From Octopus sinensis (Eukaryota): a DNA stretch of 17,991 bases. Below the pieces are notes generated by a model that was not told the origin of the DNA, made no database searches, and saw only the letters and a program-made list of their open reading frames with translations. Positions 1 to 8,450 of the stretch are shown here, one piece after another. The number at the start of each line of letters is the position of its first letter. Within the stretch, counting starts at the first letter, position 1. Where the stretch lies: contig NW_021824619.1 in NCBI RefSeq assembly GCF_006345805.1, positions 1 through 17,991 on the forward strand, read 5' to 3'. A program made the position numbers and the translations under genes.

Positions 1-185
1 ATGATGATGATTATTATTATTACAAGTTATTTATCCAAATACTGCTGCACTATTTCTCACTGCATTTTAGTCACCAGACACTCTTAGGGTTTTCCTTAAA
101 AAATATATTTTCTCTCTCTCTCTTGTTTCTATTTTTACCTCCACGTTCACCTTTTCCACCAGAATTGTTTTATTTCAGTTTCAAA

Positions 186-432
186 GCTGTTGCTATTGTT
201 GTTATCGTCGTTGCCGTCGTCCTCGTCATCGTTGCCATTGTTGTTGTTATTGTTGTTGTTGTTGTTGTTGTATTTTAAAAAGTGCTTCTGTTGTTCAACT
301 TTATTTCGAAATCTATCAGATATAGAGTACAACTAATTTACATGATACTATAAAAGAAAGCAGCTCTGCCGCAACAACGACAACCACCACCATCTCCACC
401 ACCAGCACCACCAACAACAACAACAACAGCAA
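186..432. repeat. (GTT)n/(GTC)n tract followed by (CAC)n/(CAA)n tract
   Basis: (GTT)n-rich 186-270 and (CAA/CAC)n-rich 371-432, read directly. Confidence 0.9.
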
Positions 433-803
433 CTAGAATAGTCAATAAAAGTTTAGAAGAAAAATAGAATAAAGATTAAATTCAATGGCGCCAACAGTGT
501 GTGTGTGTTATAAATGATCTTGGCTTTCTTGAATCTTGTAATCTCATTATATTCTAATTGCTTCTTATGTTCCTTTGGCTCATCAAATTACATTAAGGCA
601 CCTGTATTAAAGAAACGAAACAGAGGAGTTAATAAAAGAAACACCATCACAATATGAGAACAACGAAATTTAAAGCAGGCGGGGTGGGGGACATATGGTG
701 CTGAAAAAGCTGTTCTCTTTTGCTAACGTCTCATACACCAGACATGATTCTTTTTGTGTTGTTGAAAGTGAGAGAAAAGAGGCACAAGAGAATATAGGAG
801 AGG

Positions 804-804
<1 letters not shown>

Positions 805-834
<30 letters not shown>

Positions 835-950
835 CGATAGATAGATACATACATACATAGATACATAGAAAGGGAGAGAGAAAGAGAGAGAGATAAATAG
901 ATAGATATAGAGAGAGAGAGAAACAAGGAGAAAGAAAAGGAGAGAGAGAG
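805..950. repeat. (GATA)n/(CATA)n/(GA)n compound microsatellite
   Basis: gatagatagata... from 805, grading into (GA)n purine tracts. Explains ORFs 670..858 and 723..926. Confidence 0.95.
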
Positions 951-1218
951 CGATGGGGAAGATGTAAAAAGGAAAGAGGAAAAATTATTCCTTCATATGT
1001 GCCATGAAATATTTTCTCTTTTGGAAAACTAGCTTAGCTTTTATCTCTGAGAAATTAACAGGAATTGCTTTATTGGCAACAGACGAAATAGTAAAGAACT
1101 AGGTCTTCAGAAATGGTTGGTGCATGTACTATTCGTTACTTAATGTATTTCCAGGTAGTTTCTGATCATTCTTAATGGATTTCATCGCCATCAGCATCCA
1201 CAATAGAAAAGCTAAAAT

Positions 1219-1288
1219 ACATCATCCTCATCATCATCATCATCCTCATCGTCATTGTTATTATTTTTGCTGCTGTTGCTGTTGTTAT
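1219..1288. repeat. (CAT)n and (TGC/TGT)n trinucleotide tracts
   Basis: catcatcctcatcatcatcatcatcctcatc followed by gctgctgttgctgttgtt. Confidence 0.85.
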
Positions 1289-1717
1289 AGCCAAGAGATT
1301 AATAACCAAATCTGCTTTGCAAATGTTAACTGTAACAAAGAACTGCAGCAGGAACAACCAGTATAAAGTGATCAGTTCTGGGTACATTTGGCAATAAATC
1401 TACAATAGAATATGTTTTATTTAAAACTACTATAAAAAACTGGCCTTTGAAATATGGAGAAATGAGAAAAAAATCCCTAATTGATAAACTCTCTTTCTTC
1501 TTTATGGTTTTTCTGCACTTACTGCCTCGATTACATGTGTTTTAGCCTGAATGTTAAATATTGGTCACCTGTTGAGTAAATCTTTTGAACGATGTTATAC
1601 TGATGGTTTCTAAAAAGAATGAAATGGTGTTATTCGTGATTACTGAAGACTAAAAATTTTAAAGACCTTTGTAATAATAAATTACCAAAAATATATTAGA
1701 TATGTATATCTTATGTA

Positions 1718-2106
1718 TACTCTTTACTCTCTTTACTCTTTTACTTCTTTCAGTCATTTGACTGCGGCCATGCTGGAGCACCGCCTTTAGTCGAGCAAAC
1801 GACCCCAGGACTTATTCTTTGTAAGCCCAGTACTTATTCTATCTGTCTCTTTTGCCAGCATCGGTTGTCAAGCAATGCTAGAGGGACAAACACAGACACA
1901 CAAACATATACACACACATACATATATATATATACATATATACAACAGGCTTCTTTCAGTTTCCGTCTACCAAATCCATTCACAAGGCTTTGGTTGGTTC
2001 GAGGCTATAGCAAAAGATACTTGCCCAAGATGCCACACAGTGGGACTGAACCTGGAACCATGTGGTGGGTAAACAAGCTACTTACCACACAGCCACTCCT
2101 GTGCCT
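1718..2106 (-). mobile_element. SINE family A, near full length (tRNA-derived head, internal TA/CA microsatellite, AAAAGAGT-type tail), with 32-bp internal deletion
   Basis: Minus strand reads AGGCACAGGAGTGGCTGTGTGGTAAG (A-box-like TGGCTGTGTGG) ... GGTTCAGTCCC (B-box-like) ... CAGTCAAATGACTGAAAG-AAGTAAAAGAGTAAAGAGAGT. Aligns with copies at 9470, 10279, 12148 and 14991. Confidence 0.92.
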
Positions 2107-2785
2107 ATTAATTTTGGCAGAATAATGCGAACACTAAAGGGTTAAATGTAAGCAGGTGTTTACACATATATTTAAAAAATTAGAAGAGGTACACCAAGGG
2201 AAGATGAAAAAGGCTAAATCGGCTTAGCAGGAACGAACTTCAAGTCTTGAAGTGTACGTCTTCTAATTTACTAAAGACACTCTAAGGTTTTTGTAATACT
2301 GTCGTATTACGATTGCATAGGCTTACATGTACTTCTCATACTGACTTATATTTGAAAAATATAGATCCCTAGGCATTAACTTGTTGTCTCAGAGCTGATT
2401 TCATGCCCCAGTTAGTCTTAACCATTACTAAATAAATACTGATAAATAAATCAATTATAAATAACATTACTGAGTTCTAACACATGACTTAAGATATTTC
2501 CATCCTGCTGTTCAAAGATTGAAATGAGATAAAGCAATTTGTAGAAGCTCACTGAATAAAGGACAAACATAAATACTGCTGATGCAAACAGGAAATCTTT
2601 TGACAGGAAGTTCGTTCAAAAACAATGCTAAATTTTGTTTTCACACAGAAGAGTACTTCATTCCTGTTTTTGAAACCCCAAAGAACAATATTCTTCAAAC
2701 TATAATTATGTGATATTTAGGATTTAACAACAGGCGCAGATATTTTTGATACAGGATGTTAAGAGTTATGCATGGATGATTAATT

Positions 2786-2966
2786 TAATAGTAGTTTCAT
2801 ATTTTGGCACTAGGTCAGCAAGTTCAGGAGTTGAGGGCAAGTTGATTAAATCAACCCCAGTGTTCAACTGGTACTGAAAGAATGAAAAGCGAAGTTGCCT
2901 TTGGCAGAATTTGATCTCAGAACATAAGTATGGACGAAATGCCACTATGCATTTTGCCTGGAATGA
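2786..2966 (-). mobile_element. Diverged SINE related to family B
   Basis: Minus strand: GGCATTTCGTCC...GTTCTGAGATCAAATTCTGCCAAAGGCAACTTCGCTTTTCATTCTTTC-AGTACCAGTTGAACACTGGGGTTGATTTAATCAACT. Aligns with family B copies at 7071 and 14197 but has a different 3' tail and a short internal deletion. Confidence 0.75.
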
Positions 2967-3047
2967 CCCAGCCAGTTTGAGTTTCAAAATGCATCCCCAC
3001 CAAATTATTTCATATTTTCTCAAAGTTTCTTAATTCTTACGATGCCA

Positions 3048-3230
3048 ACACACACACACACACAAAGTTGGGCTTCTCTTTCAGTTTCCATCTACGAAAT
3101 CTTCTCACAAAGCTTTGGTCAGCCCAAGACTGTTGTGGGAAACGCTTGTCCAAGGTGCCACACACTGAGCCTGAACCTGAAACCCTCTCTTGGAAACAAA
3201 CTTCTTAACCCACACTGCTTACCTGCACCT
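3048..3230 (-). mobile_element. Diverged SINE family A, 5' half
   Basis: ggcttctctttcagtttccatctacgaaatc...caaggtgccacacactgagcctgaacctg...cacactgcttacctgcacct matches the head and core of family A and ends in (CA)n. Confidence 0.8.
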
Positions 3231-3508
3231 TACTCCACTGCAATTATGATATTGCCATCAAAGCAGAATTGGGCTTGCAATTAAATTCATATTTCCTGGT
3301 AGAATTTAGATCGCATTTTGATTAGAATGCTCTTTGACTATTATCATTAATTGGCAATTGATATCATATGATTATCATTTGTGACAGCTACATTGTGAAT
3401 TACTACAATGCAATTAAAATATATTAGTTAAGTTCTTGGACCAAAGAAAATGCATAAACATAAAAATATGGTGTCTGGCTTAAATTTACAATAAATGACA
3501 ATAGGAAT

Positions 3509-3781
3509 GTTCTGTTGTGTTTGGGGAGAGTCATTCTCTTTTAGTACCTTATTATTTAACACACTCACCGGTAAAATTTCCACTTATTTCGTCTTTTTAT
3601 TTTCCTAAAGATGCAACGAAAATTTTAGGAAAATAAAAAGATGAAATAAGTGGAAATTTTACCGGTGAGTGTGTTAAATAATAAGGTACTAAAAGAGAAT
3701 GACTCTCCCCAGACACAACAGAATAAGCTTCAACACACGAATTCATATAAATAATCTTGCAAACCAAATCCAAAAACGAAA
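3509..3781. mobile_element. Retroelement-type insertion flanked by 12-bp direct repeat, with inverted-end architecture (probably Penelope-like element derived)
   Basis: GACAATAGGAAT at 3497-3508 and 3782-3793 brackets a 100-bp inverted repeat plus a ~58-bp unique A-rich segment. The Penelope assignment is inference. Confidence 0.7.
3510..3723. repeat. Near-perfect inverted repeat: 100-bp arms, 14-nt loop
   Basis: Arm 3510-3609 versus reverse complement of 3624-3723 matches 98/100 (checked base by base). Loop 3610-3623 is GATGCAACGAAAAT. Confidence 0.98.
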
Positions 3782-3852
3782 GACAATAGGAATAATAAAG
3801 CTAAAAAACATTCATTTTCAACAATCTTGAGAAGATTATATTTATATTTATA

Positions 3853-4145
3853 TGGAGGCAATGTGGACACTGCTAATGTCGTGTAACTGTGGCTGATGTT
3901 GGTGGCATGTAAAAAGCATCATTTGAGCATTGGCCCTCACGGAGGCAATGATAAATGACCAACACCTCTGGCAGTATACCATGTTTGGGTAGAAGACCCA
4001 TCAAGCCAAGTGAAATCATCGTCATGGCAGATACTGGTGTCACACAACTGGCACCTGTGCTGGTGGCATACAAAAGCACCCATTACATTCTCGGAGTGGT
4101 TGGCATCAGGAAGGGCATCTAGCTGTAGAAACCATGCCAAATCAA
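3853..4145 (+). mobile_element. SINE-like family C segment, 3'-interrupted
   Basis: Two copies of the TGGTGGCAYRYAAAA(A)GCAYC module (~3900, ~4061) plus GGAGTGGTTGGCATCAGGAAGGGCATCTAGCTGTAGAAA, which recurs at 4311-4404. Confidence 0.75.
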
Positions 4146-4147
4146 TA

Positions 4148-4306
4148 AGGTGGCGAGCTGGCAGAAACGTTAGCATGCCTGGTGAAATGCTTAGCGGTAT
4201 TTTGTCTGCCGTTACGTTCTGAGTTCAAATTCTGCCGAAGTCGACTTTGCCTTTCATCCCTTTCAGGGTCGAAAAATTAAGTACCAGTCACGTACTGGGG
4301 TCAATG
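4148..4306 (+). mobile_element. SINE family B, 5' part with intact head
   Basis: AGGTGGCGAGCTGGCAGAAACGTTAGCA...GAGTTCAAATTC (B-box-like)...GTCGACTTTGCCTTTCATCC...AAGTACCAG...CTGGGGTCAATG. Aligns with 7071 and 14197. Confidence 0.88.
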
Positions 4307-4503
4307 ACTAGCCCCCGTGCTGGTGGCATGTAAAAAGCACCCACTACACTCTCAGAGTGGTTGGAGTTAAGAAGGGCATCCAGCTGTAGAAATCTTGCCA
4401 GATCAGATTGGAACTTGGTACAGCCTTGTGACTTGCCAGTCTTCCTTCAAACCGTCCAACCCATGTCAGCATGGAAAGCAGACGTTAAACAATGATGATG
4501 ATG
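4307..4503 (+). mobile_element. SINE-like family C 3' part with (GAT)n tail
   Basis: ...AAGGGCATCCAGCTGTAGAAA...CCAACCCATGTCAGCATGGAAAGCAGACGTTAAACAATGATGATGATG. The same tail appears on the minus strand at 12910-12960. Confidence 0.8.
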
Positions 4504-5276
4504 GTGATATTTTATTCATTTTATTTTTAAGTTATATATTTTTATATCTTTTCTACTCACTGGTTTTCCTCTTGGTTCTTCTTACTCAGCTGAAATAATC
4601 GAAAGATCTTATTCATGATAGCATATTACGAATGCTAACATCTGGAAATTATTTTTACAAACACCGAAAAGAAATATAAAAGGAAGTAAAAGACGGAAAA
4701 AAATCCAACGTAATCTCAATGTCGCTGGTTGTTTGTGTTGTATTGATGAACAGTGATGTCTGAATAGACACAAATGTTTAATTTATGCTCAAATTTCATT
4801 GGTTCAACAGTATATAAAATATCAGTCAAATGTCAAGTGTTGACTATAAAACGTTGAGTATCATGGTATTAGCATTGATCTGAAAGGTCTATATAGAACC
4901 AGAGAAGCATATTTACATGAAGAGAGCATATTGTTTATTGTTTATTATAAAATATGTCAGGTCAGTTACTGTAGCTAATTGAGGTTTGTTTATTCAATGT
5001 TAGATAGAAATAATTTGTAATGAATGAATGAGAAAAAAGATGGTAAGATTGGAAAAGGAAAACAACAGGAATAAATTAGAGATTATTTGATGTTTTTAAT
5101 TGTTGTATTGTTTTGATATTGTTCATTCTGTGGCCTATTGACACGTGGAATCAACTGCAAAAATGAAGCAATCTTTTATGGATAACTTAACGTGAATTTG
5201 AAATTAGAGATATGTAGAATATGGGTTTCGTTTCGCAAAGTGGTCAATGAAGAAATCAAGCACATCAAGGAAGCTA

Positions 5277-5615
5277 TGTATATGTGCATGTGTGTATGTG
5301 TTTGTACAAACCACACCCACATACCCACACATGCACACACATGTATATATGTATATATACACACACACACACACACACACATATATGTGTGTATATACAT
5401 ATGAATATGTATCTATCTATCATCACTATATATATGTGTGAATAGGTGTTTATATGTATATATTTATATATATACATATATATATACATGCACAAACATA
5501 TATATATATACACACACACATATATATACATATGTATGTACGTACATATATACATACATACATACATACATATATACATACATACATACATACATACATA
5601 CATACATACATACAT
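5277..5615. repeat. (TA)n/(CA)n/(TACA)n compound microsatellite
   Basis: Read directly; near-pure (CATA)n at about 5553-5615. Explains ORFs in 5176-5748. Confidence 0.95.
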
Positions 5616-5962
5616 CTGGATAAACTGTGATTTTCAGAAAGTGATATCGACCGGCTGATTCATACAAGTCCAATCCGTGAGGGGAACAGTAAAAATATGC
5701 AAGACTTTTCTCAAGTTCCGAATGTGAATTTGCCTGTGTTAACTGCATCCCAGAGATGGAGCTTTGTATTTTTGTTGGAAACTGGCTCCTTCCTCAGTGG
5801 AAGATTTAAAACAATTTAAAATAAAAGAAACATACAAACAAAAATAGCTTGTTGTTAATGTTGAAATTCTAATGAAGAAGCCTTGGATCTAGGTTAGAAA
5901 CTGACCCTTTCTCTATTGGCAAGAAATCTTGAAATAAAACTGAACAATGACATACATACATA
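5616..5962 (+). mobile_element. 5'-truncated 3' end of an RLE-type non-LTR retrotransposon (R4/Dong-like), degenerate, with 3' UTR and (CATA)n tail
   Basis: 5616-5663 reads LDKL*FSESDIDRLIH; after a frameshift, 5665-5727 reads QVQSVRGTVKICKTFLKFRM*. This resembles the C-terminal L..LGF.....LQ..S..GTVKI.KTFL.F seen after restriction-like endonuclease domains (recalled, not searched). UTR ends GAAATAAAACTGAACAATGA(CATA)3; the last ~120 bp recur at 11157-11275. Confidence 0.6.
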
Positions 5963-6272
5963 TGGGTTTACACTCATACAGTTCTGAGTTCAAATCCCAG
6001 ACTGGGCTGTGTGTTATATTCTTGAGCAAGACACTCTATTTTCACACTGCTCCAGTTCATTCAGCTGTAGAAATAAGTTGCAACATTCACTGGTGCCAAG
6101 CTGTATCAGCCCCTTTGCCTTACCCTTGGACAGCATTGGTGGCATATAATGGGGAGGCTAGTATGCATGGATGAATTCTGGTCTTTCACAAAACAACCTT
6201 GGCTGGACTTGTGTACTGGAGGAGAACTTTCTAGGTACAATCCCATGGTCGTTTGGGATCGAAGTGGGTCTT
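5963..6272 (+). mobile_element. SINE family D (tRNA-derived), 5' end missing; 3' boundary approximate
   Basis: B-box GAGTTCAAATCCC at 5986-5998, then GTGTTATATTCTTGAGCAAGACACTCTATTTTCACACTGCTCCAGTTCATTCAGCTGTAG, shared with minus-strand copies at 10094-10215 and 13534-13726. Confidence 0.7.
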
Positions 6273-6691
6273 GTTTTAATAATTATATTCACAGCTGCTT
6301 CATATTCACCTTATAATGACAATCTGATCGTGATAAACTATACCTGTTTAGAAACCCTTTTGAATACAATTATATCTAACCACATAACTAATCCTGTCCC
6401 AGAACAGAAATTACCCAAGAACCTGCGAAATCCCACTGAAGCACGCCACAAAAATAACAAAGGAAAATAATAAGGAAAACTACCAGACATTAATAACCTT
6501 TAGAGACATAATGACATAATGAAATCCTGTTTTAACACAAGGGAGTTTCCCTAATGAGTTGCTTAATGGATATCAATGTGATTTTGACATCAAAACAGGT
6601 CACTATTCCCATTGGTGTGAAACAGGCTTAGGAAAAATTTGGGAATTTACATTCCAAAAGTTTGCATCTGCATCAAATATTAACATATATA

Positions 6692-6897
6692 AGTGCAGGT
6701 ATGGCTGTGTGGTAAGATGTTTGCTTCCCAATCACGTGATTCCAGGTTCAGTCCCACTGTGAGGCACCATGGGAAAGTGTCTTCTATTATGACCTCAGGC
6801 TGACCAAAGTCTTGTGAGTGGATTTAGTAGACAGAAACTTAATGAAGCCTCTGTCGTATGTATATAAATATGTGTGTGTGTGTGTGTGTGTGTATAT
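6692..6897 (+). mobile_element. Diverged SINE family A, 5' half ending in (TG)n
   Basis: GTGCAGGTATGGCTGTGTGGTAAGATGTTTGCTTCCCAATCAC...AGGTTCAGTCCCACTG...CTTGTGAGTGGATTTAGTAGACAGAAACT aligns to 10279-10480. Confidence 0.85.
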
Positions 6898-6909
6898 GAT
6901 TAATTAAAA

Positions 6910-7047
6910 AATCGGAGAAAAAAGACAACATGAAAAAACAACAATGTGAGGTTGTGGTACATGCAAAGTATTAAAAGATGCTCAGGGAAGGAAAGAAAGA
7001 GTGGTTGTTTTACGTTTCGAGCATAGCTCTTCTTCAGAAACAGGAGG
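6910..7047 (-). mobile_element. Penelope-like element terminal (pLTR) fragment; boundaries approximate
   Basis: Contains a minimal type I hammerhead motif followed on the minus strand by a pyrimidine-rich tract. Minimal hammerheads of this form are an established hallmark of Penelope-like element terminal repeats. Confidence 0.6.
7006..7042 (-). ncRNA. Minimal type I hammerhead ribozyme motif
   Basis: Minus strand: TGTTT (stem I) - CTGAAGA (CUGANGA core) - A - GAGC TAT GCTC (stem II) - GAA - ACGT (palindromic stem III) - A (GUA cleavage triplet) - AAACA (stem I'). All core nucleotides are present. Confidence 0.8.
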
Positions 7048-7070
7048 TATCCACACATGTATGTATTTAT

Positions 7071-7286
7071 GTAGAAACGGTAGCACGCCGGGCGAAGTTT
7101 GTAGCAGTATTTCGTCTGTCATTATGTTCCGAGTTCAAATTCCGCCGAGGTCGACTTTGCCTTTCATCCTTTCGGGGTCGATAAATTAAGTACCAGTTAC
7201 GCACTGGGGTCGATGTAATCGACTTAATCCCTTTGTCTGTCCTTGTTTGTCCCCTCTATGTTTGGCCCCTTGTGGGTAGTAAAGAA

Positions 7287-7289
<3 letters not shown>
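7071..7289 (+). mobile_element. SINE family B, slightly 5'-truncated
   Basis: GTAGAAACGGTAGCACGCCGGGCGAA...GAGTTCAAATTCCGCCGAGGTCGACTTTGCCTTTCATCCTTTCGGGGTCGATAAATTAAGTACCAG...GTAGTAAAGAAATA, highly similar to 14197-14422. Confidence 0.92.

Positions 7290-7332
<43 letters not shown>
7288..7332. repeat. (TA)n microsatellite at SINE tail
   Basis: Read directly. Confidence 0.95.
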
Positions 7333-7337
<5 letters not shown>

Positions 7338-7407
7338 CCACAAATATCCATGCACACACATATATACAGAAACAAATGTGCACACGTATATTTGTATGCA
7401 CATACAC

Positions 7408-8180
7408 ATATAAGTTCATATACATGCTCATAAACACATGCACTCACACATACACCAACAAATACACACACACACTTATATAAATTTATACATTCTCACA
7501 AACACATGCGCACACACACACTCATATGCACACAATAACAAATGCACACACATACATATATATACACACACACACTTAAATAAATTTATACATTCTCACA
7601 AACACATGCACACACACTCATATGCACACAATAACAAATGCACACACATACATATACACACACACACTTATATAAATTTATACATTCTCACAAACACATG
7701 CACACACAAGCAAATGCACACACATACATATATATACACACACGCACACACTTATATAAATTTATACGTTCTCACAAACACATGCACACACACTCATATG
7801 CGCACACATACACACACACACACACACTTATATAAATTTATACATTCTCACAAACACATGCACACACACACTCATATGCACACACAAACAAATGCACACA
7901 CATACATATATATACACACACGCACACACTTATATAAATTTATACATTCTCACAAACACATGCACACACAAACATATGCACACACAAACAAATGCACACA
8001 CATACATATATACACACACACACACACACTTATATAAATTTATACATTCTCACAAACACATGCACACACACTCATATGCACACACTAACAAATGCACACT
8101 TATACATATATATACACACACACACACATATAAGTTTATACATTCTTGCAAAGACACACACACACACACACACACACACA
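7408..8180. repeat. Minisatellite: conserved ~33-bp core plus CA/TA-rich variable linkers, period 76-102 bp
   Basis: Core TTATATAAATTTATACATTCTCACAAACACATG starts at 7476, 7576, 7668, 7752, 7828, 7930 and 8030, with degenerate units near 7408 and 8128. Explains the 199-aa His/Thr-rich ORF. Confidence 0.95.
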
Positions 8181-8184
8181 TTCC

Positions 8185-8450
8185 AGGTCTACTCAGTGCA
8201 TACATCCCATGGCTCGTTGAACAATGTTATGGCATTGGATAATTTGTAGCATAATGGGAGAGTGACAAAAATACGAACCAAATTATGTCACCAGCTGAAC
8301 CATTGTGTGTTTGTTTTCATAGTTAATGTTGTATGTAATAAATTCTTTGAAAATTCACTAACTACTATTGATTTTCTTTATGATAACCCTGCTGTTGAAT
8401 TAATATCCTGGTATAAATCTCGTTATAATTTGGAATCAAATTTAATAAAA
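8185..8450 (-). pseudogene. Possible very degenerate piggyBac-type transposase fossil
   Basis: Minus-strand pieces in order across frames: FDSKL*RDLYQDINSTAG, KENQ, SW*HNLV, IIQCHNIVQRAMGCMH*VDL. These loosely recall piggyBac motifs S..LL.DL...I.ATGT.RENR, W.DN..V and I.CP.IV..YN..MGGVD..D. Needs several frameshifts and a deletion. Confidence 0.25.

Noticed and set aside
1865-2125. Recurring ORFs such as LLSVSVYQIHSQG...CPRCH (also at 3042, 9632, 10313, 15011)
   Set aside because: Antisense translations of non-coding SINE A copies; similarity reflects the repeat, not a protein family.
2116-2145. ...CACTAAAGGG-TTAA, like a piggyBac-type right end with TTAA target
   Set aside because: No matching left end (TTAACCCTTTAG) found in the window.
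5867-5920. SECIS-like or hammerhead-like stem-loop
   Set aside because: No correctly placed GA/GA quartet and apical AA; the hammerhead core is altered (CTAATGA/CCAATGA) and stem I is not evident.
6290-6470. NYTCLETLLNTIISNHITNPVPEQK, faintly like a non-LTR RT pre-domain (RPITCL.T.YK...IIS...P.EQKG)
   Set aside because: Needs several deletions and lacks RPI and downstream motifs; not supportable without BLASTX.
7438-8037. 199-aa His/Thr-rich ORF
   Set aside because: Translation of the CA-rich minisatellite; overlapping frames are also open.
7476-8062. CRISPR-like array (33-bp partly palindromic repeats with spacers)
   Set aside because: Spacers are low-complexity, similar to each other and variable in length; there are no cas genes and the context is eukaryotic. 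It is a minisatellite.
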